A DNA stretch of 64,000 bases from Chiloscyllium plagiosum (Eukaryota). Location: contig NC_057753.1 in assembly GCF_004010195.1 (NCBI RefSeq), forward strand, positions 5,791,488 through 5,855,487, in the 5' to 3' direction. Below the pieces are notes generated by a model. The model made no database searches, had not been told where the DNA came from, and saw nothing but the letters and a program-made list of their open reading frames with translations. Made by a program: the position numbers and the translations under genes. Position 1 is the stretch's first letter. Each line of letters opens with the position of its first letter. Of this stretch, positions 51,801 to 64,000 are shown in pieces.

Positions 51801-53060
51801 GCATCCAGTTTGCCACGTCCCTCTGGAATCGATGCTATCTCACCTTTCACAACAACCTTCCATGTGGAACCTCATCAAAGCCCTGACTGAAATCCAGATA
51901 GACTACGCCCACTGGCCTGCCCTCGTCAACCTTCCTGGTCATTTCATCAAAAAGCTCTAGCAAATTTGTTTGCCGTAATCTCCCATGCACAAAGCCATGC
52001 TTACTGCTACTAATCAATGCTGAAGAAGCTTCCTCATTTCCCCTCCCCCCACCTTATCTCAGTCCCAACCCACGGACTCAGCACCGCCTTCTTGAACTGC
52101 AAATCTTCTTCCCGACCTCTCCGCCCCCATCCTCTCTATCACCCTCACCTTAACCTCCTTCCACCTATCGCATTCCCAACGCCCCTCCTCCCCACCGTTT
52201 ATCATAGCCTGCTTGGCACACCCTCCTCATTCCTGAAGAAGGGCTTATGCCCGAAATGTCGATTCTCCTGCTCCTTGGATGCTGCCTGACCTGCTGCGCT
52301 TTTCTAGCAGCACATGTTTCAGCTCTGATCTCCAGCATCTGCAGTCCACTTTCTCCCTGATCCTAATCAAAGCCTGTCTTTCCAAATGCATTTATGTCTT
52401 ATCTGAGAATCTACTCAAGTTCCCAGGTTTTATTCTGCAGCCCTTCTTGAATAATGGCACAACGTTTGCTAACCTCAAGTCTTCCGAGATCTCACCTGTG
52501 TCTATCAATGATGCAAAAATATCAGCCAGGTCCCCCACAATTTCTTCTCCAGCCTCTTGCAGTGTTTCTGGTTATATCTGGTCAGGTGCAGGAGATTTAC
52601 CCACCTCCATACACTCGAATACATCCTCTTCCTCCACTATTGTGGTACTGACTGTCCCCAATATATCACCACCACGTTCCCCATGTTCACAAGCCTTCAT
52701 GTCACTCTCTATTGTAAACAAAGAGGAGAAATAGTCATTATAAACTTCACCCATCACCTGCTGTTGTTCCATACATGTCTACTTTGATCCTTGAGGGCTC
52801 TTATCCCTTCTCTAGTTGTTCTTTTTCCTTTAATATAATTAAACAGACTCGTTGGATTCACCCGAAACTTCACAGTCAAGACCATCCCGTGACCCTTTTT
52901 GCCCTCCTTCAGCAAACGCCTATATTCCCTGTACCGCTCTAGGGTGTCCCTTGATCCCAGGTGCATGCACCTAAGCCACGCTTCCTTCAATTTTCTAGTC
53001 AAAGCCTCATTATCTCTTGCCTTTCAGGGTTGCCTATTCGTGTCAACCTTACAGCCCGGC
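48852..53060. mobile_element. Multiple CR1 fragments (minus 48852-49940, plus 49940-50500, minus 50720-53060)
   Basis: LQLYRILFRPHL, DWRVSNAIPLFKKGNRDNSGNYSPVSL, SVLGPLLFVININD..SMFADD, GKSPAPDQI. Confidence 0.82.
52018..52358 (+). mobile_element. Penelope-like 3' UTR/terminal repeat with hammerhead core (52233-52260), inserted in CR1
   Basis: Pyrimidine-rich tract then CTGAAGA-a-GGGC-ttat-GCCC-GAAA-TGTC; imperfect TSD ctgctactaatcaa/ctgatcctaatcaa. Confidence 0.78.
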
Positions 53061-53099
53061 AGAAACATATAGCTCTCAAACCCTAGCTAGATATAGCAT

Positions 53100-56000
53100 G
53101 ATGGATACAGTTGAGGGCAGGGATGGGGGTGGGTGGGTGGTGCATTACGCATTCTCAGGGGTATGGTGATATGGCCAACTTTGTGGCAGCAAATTGCGTC
53201 TGCCGTACAGTAGGGCAGGAAAAATATTGAGAGTTCTCTATTGGTAGGGGATTACATTTTGACGGTAATTGACAACCGGTTTTGTGGCAGGAGGTTCAGA
53301 GATGTCTCAGAGCAGATATCAGTTATTCAGAAGAGCGAATGTTAACAGCCATCTTTATGCTGCTATCAATGAAGTGGGTAAAGGAATAAATCAAGTCATG
53401 CAGACGAAACTAAGAATGTTAGGTAGAAGATTAAAGAGGAAGACGACTAAAGCTGTGATCTACTGAATGCTTCCAGCGCCTTGTGCTACTGAGCATAGAT
53501 ATGGGAAAAGAAATCAGGTGAACACGTGACGATAGGGATGGTACAGAAGGGAAGGATTTAGAGTCCTGGATCAATTGGATGGCTTCGGATGTATGTGGGA
53601 ACAGTTATAGATGAACAGGATTTGGTCTGATACCCCAGCTGTGAGGTTTGCTCGTGTTGGTTTGAAGGTTTACAACCAAATTGGCAGTGAGATTTGGCCA
53701 AGAGTTTGTGCAAATTAGGGAGCACGCTCCGATTAGATAAGGAAGAAATATTAGGATTGTCAAGTAGGTGGAGAATAAATGGCTAAGATACGAATATGAG
53801 GATGTTCAGAAACCTAAACTGCATCTGTCTTACGGCAAGGATCTTGAGTGGTGAGGCTGAAAATATTAGAGCATTTATCGGTAGGTGGGGCAGTCACTTA
53901 GACTTGTTTGTGGGAAGACAAGGTAGGGAGCAAAACATTGCAGGTTATGGGAGATTGACGCGAGATGTGGTTGGGCAGGAAGGCAGGTGGGAACAGTTCT
54001 GCAGCGATAGTTTCCTTCTTCAATGATGCAATGATGGGGAATATCATAGAAGTGGCATTAAATGATCACATCTGGATAGAGCTTAGAAATAATCAAGAGA
54101 TGATTAATTTGCCAGGATTGTAGTACAGGCCTCCCGACAGTCACAGAGCAGCAGGGGTTCAGATTTACAGACACATCACAAAAACTGAGAGAGAAACAGA
54201 ATTACAGTTGTAGGGGATTTCACCACTGCTACTACGAACTGGGATCACCTTGGTGTGAAAGAATTAGACAAAATGTTTAACTCAATGAATTTTTTTCTAC
54301 CAGTACTAGAGACGGGAAGAACGAGAGGTGATTGGTGATGACAATGTCAGTCAAGTAGTTGAAGTTTCAGTTGGCGAACATTTTGTTGACAATGACCATA
54401 ACTTTGTAGTTTTCAAAATTATCAGAGAAAAGGATATGGACAATACAGAAAATAAGTCTTGAAATTTGGAGAAGTACAATTTCAATATCATCAGATATGG
54501 TGAACATAGTGTGGGAGCAGTTATTTCAAAGAAGTCTACGTTTGGAAATTGCAAATTTTTCAAAATTAGTATAGTCAGAATTTAAGCAAACATGTGACTT
54601 TGGAAGTGAAAGACATGGACAGAAAGCTCAAGGCGACATAAGTGTCAAAGGATACCGACTGTTTGATGAAAAAATTGAAAGTAACAAATATCTGGTACAT
54701 TAAATTAAACACAGGCGAACCCTTTGGGAGTATAGAGAGTGTAACTAGTGGCTGAGTAGAAATGAAAAAAAAATTGGGAGGGCAGAGATTGGCCACGAAT
54801 TATCTCTGGTAGTTATTTTAAGGAAATCCCTAAGTATTTTCACCGGAATGTTAAGAGTAAGTGGATTATCAAGGAATAAAGTTGGGACCTATTATAGACC
54901 AAGATACGGCTGCATGTGCTTAGAACCACTGGTCATGGTTGTGGTCTTCAACGAATACTTCTTATCTGTATTCACAGAGGACAAGGACCTTGTATTACTG
55001 AATATAATTTGGCATGGTGATTTCCAGAACATGCTAAGATTAATAAAGGAAAATTAGCGGATGCTTTAGCCTTCATAATAGCACACAAATACCCATTATC
55101 TTAAGAAATCTATATCAGGTCTCTATGGCAAGAAAGGAAACTGCTGTGACACTGGGAGAGATATCAAAATTATTCGCTAGCCACAAGTGCAGTGCAACGT
55201 GACTGAAAGATAACTAATCTAAATCTATTCTATCTTGTTTTCTTTGGTCAGAAATAGTAGCATGCATAGTACATATAATTACATACCAGTTAATCTGACG
55301 TCAGTGGTAAAGACTAAATGGAGAACAAAAGCAACAAAGATCTGTAGATACTGGAAGTGACCCTTGTTTTGAGGTGAAGCGTTAACTCTGCTTTATCTCC
55401 GCAGATGCCTACAGACCTCCTGAGCTTTCCGGTATTTTTTGTTTTCGGTTTGGTGTCAGGAATTTATTGGTGAAACGTTTGAGGAGCAGAATGCATCAAG
55501 CCTTAGAAAAGCAGGGAGTGATCAGAAATCTCCCCTGCCCTTACTCAAGTTCCACAAATCAGGTCTTGTCATCACATGGACTGCTAATATATACAGCCCT
55601 TTGCCAGCCACTCATGATCCCATTAGCAACTATTCATTCTCCCAGGTTGACAGTTACTCACGTCTCTATCTGTGCAACCGTTCTTCACTCTCTGGATTCC
55701 ATCTCCACTATGGTTGACTTCTTCCTGCAGCCTCTCTTTCTTATGTATGGAAACCAGCTCCTAGCTATCATCAGATCAAAAAAGGACCACTGGAGACAAA
55801 ACGTTAACTCTTCTTTCTCTGCACACAGTGTCTGACCTACTCATTCCAGCAATTTCTGATTTTGATTTTAATGATCAACGGAAGTCGGCATGGATTTGTC
55901 AAGAGAGTGTCTTGTCTGACTAATTTAATTGACTTTATTTTTAGAAAAGTTGACTGCATATATTGATGAGAATGTGGTTTTGCGTGGACTTCAGTAAAGC

Positions 56001-56870
56001 ATTTGGCAATGTCCCATACGAAAGGCTCGTCCAAAAGAATCGAGCCCAAACCAAGTCGACAAACTGGTTTTAAAGTTGACTTTTGCATAGAAGGCAACGG
56101 GTGTTGGTGGAGTTTTTTTGTGTGACTGGAAGCCTGTAATCTCTGGTGTAAGACTGGTTCAGTGCAGGAACTCATCTTGTTTGTAATGTAAAATAACGAC
56201 TTAAAAATGAATGTGGAAATTATAATCAGGAAGTTTTCAGATGACATGAAAATCGGTGGTACAGTTGATGATAAGGTAGTTGGTCTGAGGCAATAATCTG
56301 TTATTAATCAGCTCGTAAACTGGACAGGGAAACCAGTTAGAATTGAATGCTGTTTACAGTTCTTATCGTCATGCTGTTCGAAGGATTTGATTATACTGGA
56401 GAGAGTGGAAAGGAGATTCATCAGGATATTGCCTTCAATGAAACGTTTCAGCATGAAGAAAAACTGCAATAACTGTGTGTGTGCAGGATGCTGAGCGGGA
56501 GGGGCAGTGTTTGATTAATAGATAAAAAAAGTTATAAGAGACGTAGACAGATAGATCGTGGGAATGTATTCCCTATGACTGCTAGTCTAAGTCTATTAGT
56601 TCAAGGCGAGGACAAGACGTTTTAGTGGAAATATGAATAACAGAAAGGTCGCACGACGGCTCCACAAATATGGCATGAGTTGGATACGATGATGGTGGAG
56701 TCAAGTGCCCTCGCAACATTTCAGAATCATCTGAATGAGCATTTGGAATGCCAGGCCATAATCAGCTGTGGACCAAATGCAGGTAAATGGGATTAATCTT
56801 GTTTGTTTTTTATTGGTCGCCAGACAGGTACGAAGGGCGTGATTCTGTGTTGCTTGATTCTAATGACTTT
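53100..56870 (+). mobile_element. Ancient, heavily degraded long CR1-type LINE with nested old Penelope-derived fragments (~55325-55455, 55520-55865)
   Basis: ORF1-like LGRRLKRKTTKAVI, LNCICLTAR, tacaggcctccc, aagttttcagatgacatgaaaatcggtgg and 3' UTR remnants in colinear order. Confidence 0.65.
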
Positions 56871-59800
56871 ATAATTTTGAATCTCTTGTATACCGGAAGG
56901 AGCACCGAATCCTGTGTACTTATGATATTGAAAAAAGATGTTATTGGCGCCATATTGCAAGTTACTATCCAGCTCTCAGTTTCTTGCGGGCAACAATAAT
57001 AATATTGTTTGTCGCAGAATTTATCCAACTTCTAATTTTAATATAACAAATATAACCATCACTCACCTATTAATGAAGGAACCCCGCTCTTTTCCATACC
57101 TCCACCTCCTTGTTTGTAAAAATCCAAAATAAAATGATATCCCTTCGGGAGTGTAGCAGCAAATGTCCAGTCACAAAAGAATGTGTAACTGTAAGTCTCA
57201 CTGAAAGACAAAATACAGTTGACATGCACAGAGAAATATATTATATTAGACGAAACATATGTAATGAGAAAGTGGTATAGATTTGTGAGTATTTAATATA
57301 CAGAGAAAAATAACGGAAAATAGCAAGTTAAATCTCAACTGGCTCGGTTTGGAAACCATTCCGTCGATGGTAGGAGTGGATGATCACTCCCCCTGTGGCT
57401 GTCTTGGAGCTTCAGCAGCCATTAGAAACAAATGTGGGGACTTAGAAACATAATCTGCTTGTGTCCGACTGTAGAACGACCACTTGAGTCTTTCCCTACA
57501 CATAGCACAATTTGACATGTCGCTACAGGAATGAATGTGTGAAGGGTCAGCATATTGCAAGAGTGGTTAAAATCATTGCAGTTGAATATTAGATCTACAC
57601 TGTTGGTGTAATGTGGTTCCCAACTTGGGTGGAGCATATAAAACTGTGCTGCAATTGAAAAGGGCGATATGCTTCCAATGCAACAAACTTTGAGCGGATT
57701 TATTAGTTTTGTGGAACTCTTATATAACTTCCTAAACTTGGAGTATTAGGCCAAGTGACAATAATTCGACAACTGGAAGGAATGACTGAATTCCTTTCTG
57801 CACTAGATAGGCCTCTGAGTGGTATCGCCACATTCACGTTCTTTCAGTCTCTTTGCTGCTACGGAGGGTTGCATGAGATTTCTCGTGCACATTCAACTGC
57901 TGAATGTTCATGAACTCATAGCGTGTCAGAGAATCTCAATGTCCACTTCCCATATTGGAATACAACCTGTCCTCCATGTACCATCTGTACAAATATGGCG
58001 ACAAAGTGATATTTACCTCGAAAATAAGGGACCAAAAGGATCATTTATCAGCCACTTGACTCCACTACCTTATCACTACAACATACTCCAACTCTTCTTT
58101 ACTATTCAAAACTGTTTCCTTATTCTACAATGCTAATCGATCCGGTAATGTTAGAAAGTAACACTTTTAGTGTGGTAAAATACAATTGATTCTATTGGAT
58201 CTCGGATAGATTTGTAAGTATGTTGAACTCCCAGCTGCCCTCAATGCACCTGATGCCATATGTAGAAGCTTTGAATCTATGACTTAGTCCTCTTTTAACT
58301 TGGTGATCCTATTACATGATGAGTCAGCAAATGGGAAATGTAGTTCAAGACTGTATTTTAATATGGAATCCAAACTTATAGATTTCTTAACATCTTATTG
58401 ATGTCGACAAAATTATTAACTTGTGGCCCAGAAGCAAGAAGTATTGATATTGAAATAATAATTATCCAGGTCTCACTTCTGAGTGGGTTACTTCTTGATC
58501 AAGTAACGTGCAGTGTTATTTCTTCCATCGTCTGATGTTTAGGTCCAAGGGAAGTCGCCTGACTTAAACATGAATAACACTATTCGCAAATCTTGTTATT
58601 CAGTTGTTGTCCAGGCGACTGAGCAGGTTAACGAGATGTCTTGGGTGTGAGGAAGCCCCACCGAAGTTATGGTTTCTGCCATGTTTCAAAGACAGCTGGC
58701 TTCATTTTCAAAGGACTAATTTCTGAGCGAGGAGTAGTGACATTTTTCTCCCTCAGGAGCATTTTGGTAGTATTTACAATAAAATAAGAAAGGCCAACAT
58801 AGAGACCATGAAGTATCTAATCTGCTTCCTCTAAACGTCTCACTGCAGATCTGAGTGAAGATAAATGAGGGGAAGCTTTCTACTATGTTGCCTGCTGTAG
58901 ACAATATGAACAAGCAACCTTAGACAAAAGTAAAGGCGAAGCAGCTACCACAGGTCGTGGGCAGTCATCATGTTGGCTGTCAGAAGCATGTTCGTCTCTC
59001 TGTTCAGAGTATTGGTCAATTAGAGGTCACTGATGTGCATCCATCGTCGATTGATCACATGCATGAACCGTGAGCGGCTATCTTTCAACAAACTCAACAT
59101 CAGTGCGAGGACCAATGAAATGAATTTACATGCAGGGATCATAGCTCATGAAGAAAATAAAGGATAAAAAAAGAGACAATACGCCATGTGTACAAAACTG
59201 ATGATGGGTAGGAAGTGGGATAAATGAATGCAGAGTGGGCAACTGCCTTTGGAGAGCAAGACCAGGAATCCTGGGGAGGGGAATGGGCAATTGTTGAGAT
59301 GAAGAAACCCTCCACGAATTGAACAATAGAATTTTCACATTTGGAGACATGTCAAAGTCCATGTCATGATCTATCAATGGAAATTTTGCCATCTCAACAG
59401 TCTCAACCAATCACACAGGTAATCAGCAAGATTAACAAGAAGACTGAATTTTGCAAAGGTGTAAAAACTCAAACATTAAGGAGCATCTTCATAATAGTTT
59501 ACACCCTCCATTTACGAAGATGCAAACCTGCGACCACAGAGGCGCATCAAATTCATGACGAATGTGACATGACACAGCGAGATGCAAAAACTCTGACCAT
59601 GGCATTGATAGTTATGATCATTGACGTTCAAAAGAGAATGTGAGAGAATAGACATATTCCATTTCGGACTGAGGCTGTGGCTTTGGTATAATCCCAAATA
59701 TAGTACGTGATGGAACTGTGCATGAAGTTTCATTGCTCAGGAATTGCGTGAATATTTGACAAAGCTCCAAGTTGAAACGCATAGATTAAGGGGGCTAGAG

Positions 59801-60196
59801 GCTAACCCAGGTTATTGGTGGAACCAGGATGATGTTCACAGAAGAACAATGGGCATGCATCATGTTTTCTGACTTTGCGAGCTTTGTGAACAAACCACAG
59901 CAGCACAGCTTGTGCCTGCATGACCGTTCACTTACTGATTACAAACAAAAAGCAACTGGAGGGTTTTGAATATCATCAGGCCTGAACCTATACAGTTGCA
60001 AATTTATTCGCTGCTGTTTCTCTTTGCAAAATGGCGTTGTAAATTAATGAATGAAGCATGCGTACATATTTCACAAATGTTCAAACACGAATGAACTTTC
60101 AGTTTGAGGGCATGGGTGACAAGACATGTAGAAGGCATGTGTGGGCGACATGCAACATCCATGTTTCATTTAATATTCTCAATGGGTTGGAGATTT

Positions 60197-61103
60197 TTAC
60201 AACTTAGCAAAAAATCTCAAAGGATATTGCAAACCATTCTTCAACTCATCTCTCAATTTACTCTGTGTTCCAGCATAGATAAAGGGATTGATGCAGAAAT
60301 TCAGAAACTGAAGCATAAACCCCGTTTTTTTCCAGGATAAAGGATGAGGACCCGTAATCAGAACGTGAATAATAAGCAACCTTTGCAATTCTTGAATACA
60401 GTACTGTTATAAAAAGTACTGAATACAGCAAGGTAAAATTATGTGAAATGCCAAAAGGTAAGGTGATGGATTTTTTTTCCGCTTCTCCATCTCTGGGTCA
60501 CTCTGATTCTCTGCATTAGTCTGAGTCCAGAGTCTTTTACGGGCTCTGTTGGCTGCCAGAATAAGTCTTACAATCAGAACGTTGCACAGTGCTTTCAGAA
60601 TGAATGGGAGAGAGGGAGTTAAAATAGACCGCCTCAAATCATACGCAATCCGTGTTGTTGTTGTACTAAATAGTTGTTCAACAACGCAGAAACACGGTAC
60701 TTTATCAATTATATTGAAAGGTTCAAATATAAAATACAAGAACACATTTCTTTTAGACAGTTCAGTTTGCAAACACTCCCGATAGCCCACGTTGCAATCT
60801 TCTCCGTACAGTATCTATTTTTCAGCTTCTGGGAACAATTGGCCACAAATCAATCAAACGTGAAAGCAACTGTTAACCAGGCAGAACTATCTATGAGAGC
60901 ATAAATTAGGACTACACAGAGGCGGCAAATTGGTGTGATGGATAGGAAAGTGAATGGTAGATAAATACCAGAAATTTGATTTATAATGACAGTGACAATG
61001 ATGACTAATAGATCTGCAAGCGCCATGGACACGACGTCATAAATGATACATCCAGACAGACCACATCTTCTTCGGTAAAAGATCACTACCACTGCCAAGT
61101 TTG
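60197..61103 (-). pseudogene. GPR139-like unit 5, full-length but disabled exon 2; exon 1 lies beyond the right edge
   Basis: Acceptor ...tggtacAG at 61105-61104, then ANLAVVVIFYRRRCGLSGC...SSAWLTVAFTFD* (TGA at 60852-60850 in place of the DRF Arg). Further frameshifts follow. Ends CINPFIYAGTQSKLRDELKNGLQYPLRFFAKL*. Confidence 0.9.
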
Positions 61104-61294
61104 CTGTACCAGAAAGAATAAAGCGAGGAAATAGTGAGAAAAATGTCGCAGAGCTGGAGAGCACGAAAATAATTCAAACAACATTCTGCATGAATTCAGT
61201 ACACCTGCGACCTATTTTTGAGTTGGAAAACTGTTTCACACTTGTTTTATGAGTCTCTGTTAACCTTAACACAATCATGACATATTAGAAATTT

Positions 61295-63168
61295 TGGAAA
61301 TTTTGGAAAACATTAAAATTGATAAGTCTTCAGGGCCAGACCAGACTTTATCCTAGGCTGCTCCTGGATACGAGAAAGGAGGTCGCTAAGCTGCTGGCGA
61401 TATTTGCCTCCTCACTCTCCACAGGTATCGGGCTGGAGGATTGGAAGGAAGCGAATGTTGTTCCTCTGTTCAAGAAGGGTAATAGGAAAATCCCTGGCAA
61501 TTACAAACCAGTCAGTCTTACGTCTCTGGTCAGCAAAGATTTGGAAAGAATTCTGAGGGATAGGATTTATGACTATTTGGCAACGCGTAGTGCGATGTAA
61601 GGCCGTCAGCATGGCTTTGTCAGGGGCAGGTCATGCCTCACAAATCTATTTGAGTTCTTTGAGGAGGTGTCAAGACAGGTAGATGACAGTCGAGCAGTGG
61701 ATGTTGTGTATATGGACTTCAGAAAGGCATTTGATAGGGTTCCCCATGGTAGGCTCATTCATAAAGTCAGGAAGCATGGGATACAGGGAGATTTCGCTAT
61801 CTGGATTCAGATTTGGTTGGCTGACAGAAGGCAGAGAGTGGTTGTAGATGGAAAGTATTATGCCTGTAGGACAGTGTTGAGGGGTCCCGCAGGTTTGTGT
61901 TCTTGGGCCTCTGCTCTTTGTAGTTTTTATAAAGGACTTGGATGAGGAGGTTGAGGGGTGGGTTAGTAAATTTGCAGATGACACAAAGGTTGGAGGTGTC
62001 GGTGATAGTATAGAGGGCTACTGCAGGCTGCAGCACGACATAGATAGGATGCAGAATTGGGCTGAGAAATGGCAGATGGCGTTCAACCTGGATGCGTTGG
62101 CACATTGATTAGTACTGCTGCTTCACAGCGCCAGAGACCCGGGTTCAATTCCCGCCTCAGGCAACTGTCTGTGTGGAGTTTGCACATTCTCCCCGTGTCT
62201 GTGTGGGTTTGCTCCGGTTTCCTCCCACAGTCCAAAAATGTACAGGTTAGGTGAATTGGCCATACTAAATTACCTGTAGTGTTAGGTGAAGGGGAAACGT
62301 AGTGGAATGGGTCTGGTTGAGTTGCACTTCAGCCGGTCACTGTGGACTTGTTGGGCCGAAGGGCCTGTTTCCACACTATAAGTAATCTAACCTAAATGCG
62401 AAGTGATGCATTTTGGAAGGTTGAACTGGATGCTGAATACAGGATTAAGGACCGGATTATTGGCAGTGTGGAGGAGCAGAGGGATCTGGGTGTGCAAGTG
62501 CATAGATCCCTCAAAGTTGCCACCCAAGTGGATAGGGTTGTTAAGAAAGCATATGGTGTTTTGGCTTTCACTAACAGGGAGATCGAGGTTAAGAGCTGCG
62601 AGGTTTTGCTGCAGCTCTACTAGTCCCAGGTGAGACCACACTTGGAATATTGTGTCCAGTTCTGGTCGCCCTATTTTCGGAAAGATACAGAGAGTGCAAA
62701 GAAGGTTTACCAGGATGCAGCCTAAACTTGCCTTATGAAGAAAGGTTGATAAAGCTTGGACTTTTCTCTCTGGAGAGAAGGAGGAAGAGAGGAGACCTCA
62801 CCAAGATATACAAGATAATGAGAGGAATAGATGGAGTCTATAGCCAGAGACTTTTCCCCAGGGCAGGATTGACTCGTACGATAAGTCATAGTTTGATGTT
62901 ATTAGGAGGAAGGTGTAAAGGAATCGTCAGAGGTAGGTTCTTTATACAGAGAGTTGTGAATGCGTGGAATACGTTGCCAGCTGTAGTGGTGGAAGCGAAG
63001 TCATTGGGGACGTTTAAGCGACTGCTGGACATGCACATGTATAACAGTGAGTTGTGGGGTGCATAGGTTAAGTTACTATATTTTACATTATGATTAAATC
63101 TCGGCACAACATCGTGGACCAAAGGGCCTGTTCTGTGCTGTACTTTTCTATGTTTTATGTTCTATGTT
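61295..63168 (+). mobile_element. 5'-truncated CR1 LINE (RT and 3' UTR) in the unit 5 intron
   Basis: EDWKEANVVPLFKKG, DVVYMDFRKAFDRVPH, tttgcagatgac, FIQRVVNAWNTLP; tail ttctatgttttatgttctatgtt. Confidence 0.92.
62097..62388 (+). mobile_element. HE1-type SINE nested in CR1
   Basis: gggttcaattccc B box and HE1 core; TSD aacctggatgcg/aacctaaatgcg (62085-62096 / 62389-62400). Confidence 0.88.
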
Positions 63169-63377
63169 ACGCCGAAGACAAAGGAGTAATCAATTGTACA
63201 TTAATGTTAACTAGAGAGAATGGTGTTACAGACACATTGTAATAAGCACACAAATAATCTGGATAAATCATATGTATGCAAAAAATGACATATGCTCGAA
63301 ACAACGGCACATGAGGTCTTTTGAGATCAGTAATTGTATCATGAAAGTTAGTGGACAGTTGTACAAATGATTTAAAT

Positions 63378-63550
63378 AAAACAAGGAATTGCAGATGCTG
63401 ACGATGTGAATCACACAAAATCAAACATTGCTGAAGAGGCTTAGCAGGTCTGGCAGCAGCTGAGATGAGAAGACAGAGTTGATGTTTTTTTCTCCATAGA
63501 TGTTGCCAGACCTGCGGAGTTTCTCTAGCAATTTTTGGTTTTGTACATTT
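63378..63550. mobile_element. Older palindromic element of the same Penelope-derived class, without a ribozyme core
   Basis: gcaggtctggcagcagct ... agatgttgccagacctgc inverted arms. Confidence 0.6.
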
Positions 63551-64000
63551 CATACAGATAATCCTTTGGTTAAATGTTTTGAAGAATTGAGCACATTCTG
63601 ACAGAACTTAGTGTAAGGCAATTCATAAGGTACGTAATGTAACACTCAAGATTTTCTTCATTCTATTTATTGCCTCAATAAACACCTACAACCACCATAT
63701 CGAACTGAAACACTGAAACTCCGCAGATAAAGAGTGCTTGTTCATAGTCATAATTACACACATCACGTCATTTGACTCTTCAGTTTTGCCAGTTCATGCC
63801 AAACACAATCCCAGACTAAACTAGTCCCACCTAACTGCTCCTGGCCAATGCCCCTCCAAACCTTTCGTATTTTAATATCTTTCCAAACGTCACTTAAACA
63901 TTGTAATTGTACCCACATCCAACACATCTTCGGGAAGGTCATTCTCCACGCGAAAAACCATTTATGCGAAAAGAAAAATCGCCTCTTTTGTCTTTTTAAA

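Overview
Vertebrate genomic DNA, almost certainly from a cartilaginous fish. This is inferred from HE1-type tRNA-derived SINEs and abundant CR1/HER1-type LINEs. Most of the window is retroelement debris: CR1, Rex1/Babar, L1, Tx1, Penelope-like elements and candidate solo LTRs. It also has three N-gaps and a ~60-bp satellite. The genic content is a tandem, all-minus-strand cluster of five two-exon class A GPCR units of GPR139/GPR142-like type, each with a 70-nt coding exon 1 and a phase-1 intron. One unit is intact (18078-18009 joined to 9464-8554, 326 aa), one is cut by a gap, two are pseudogenes, and one is present only as exon 1. The ORF track misses the exon structure. Two signals stand out. 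(1) All four exon-1 copies carry a positionally conserved upstream module of homeodomain (TAAT) site, O/E(EBF)-like site and TATA. This resembles olfactory-receptor promoters and suggests an unrecognised birth-and-death chemosensory receptor family. (2) Several short Penelope-derived insertions, many of them hairpins with target-site duplications, carry minimal hammerhead ribozyme cores.
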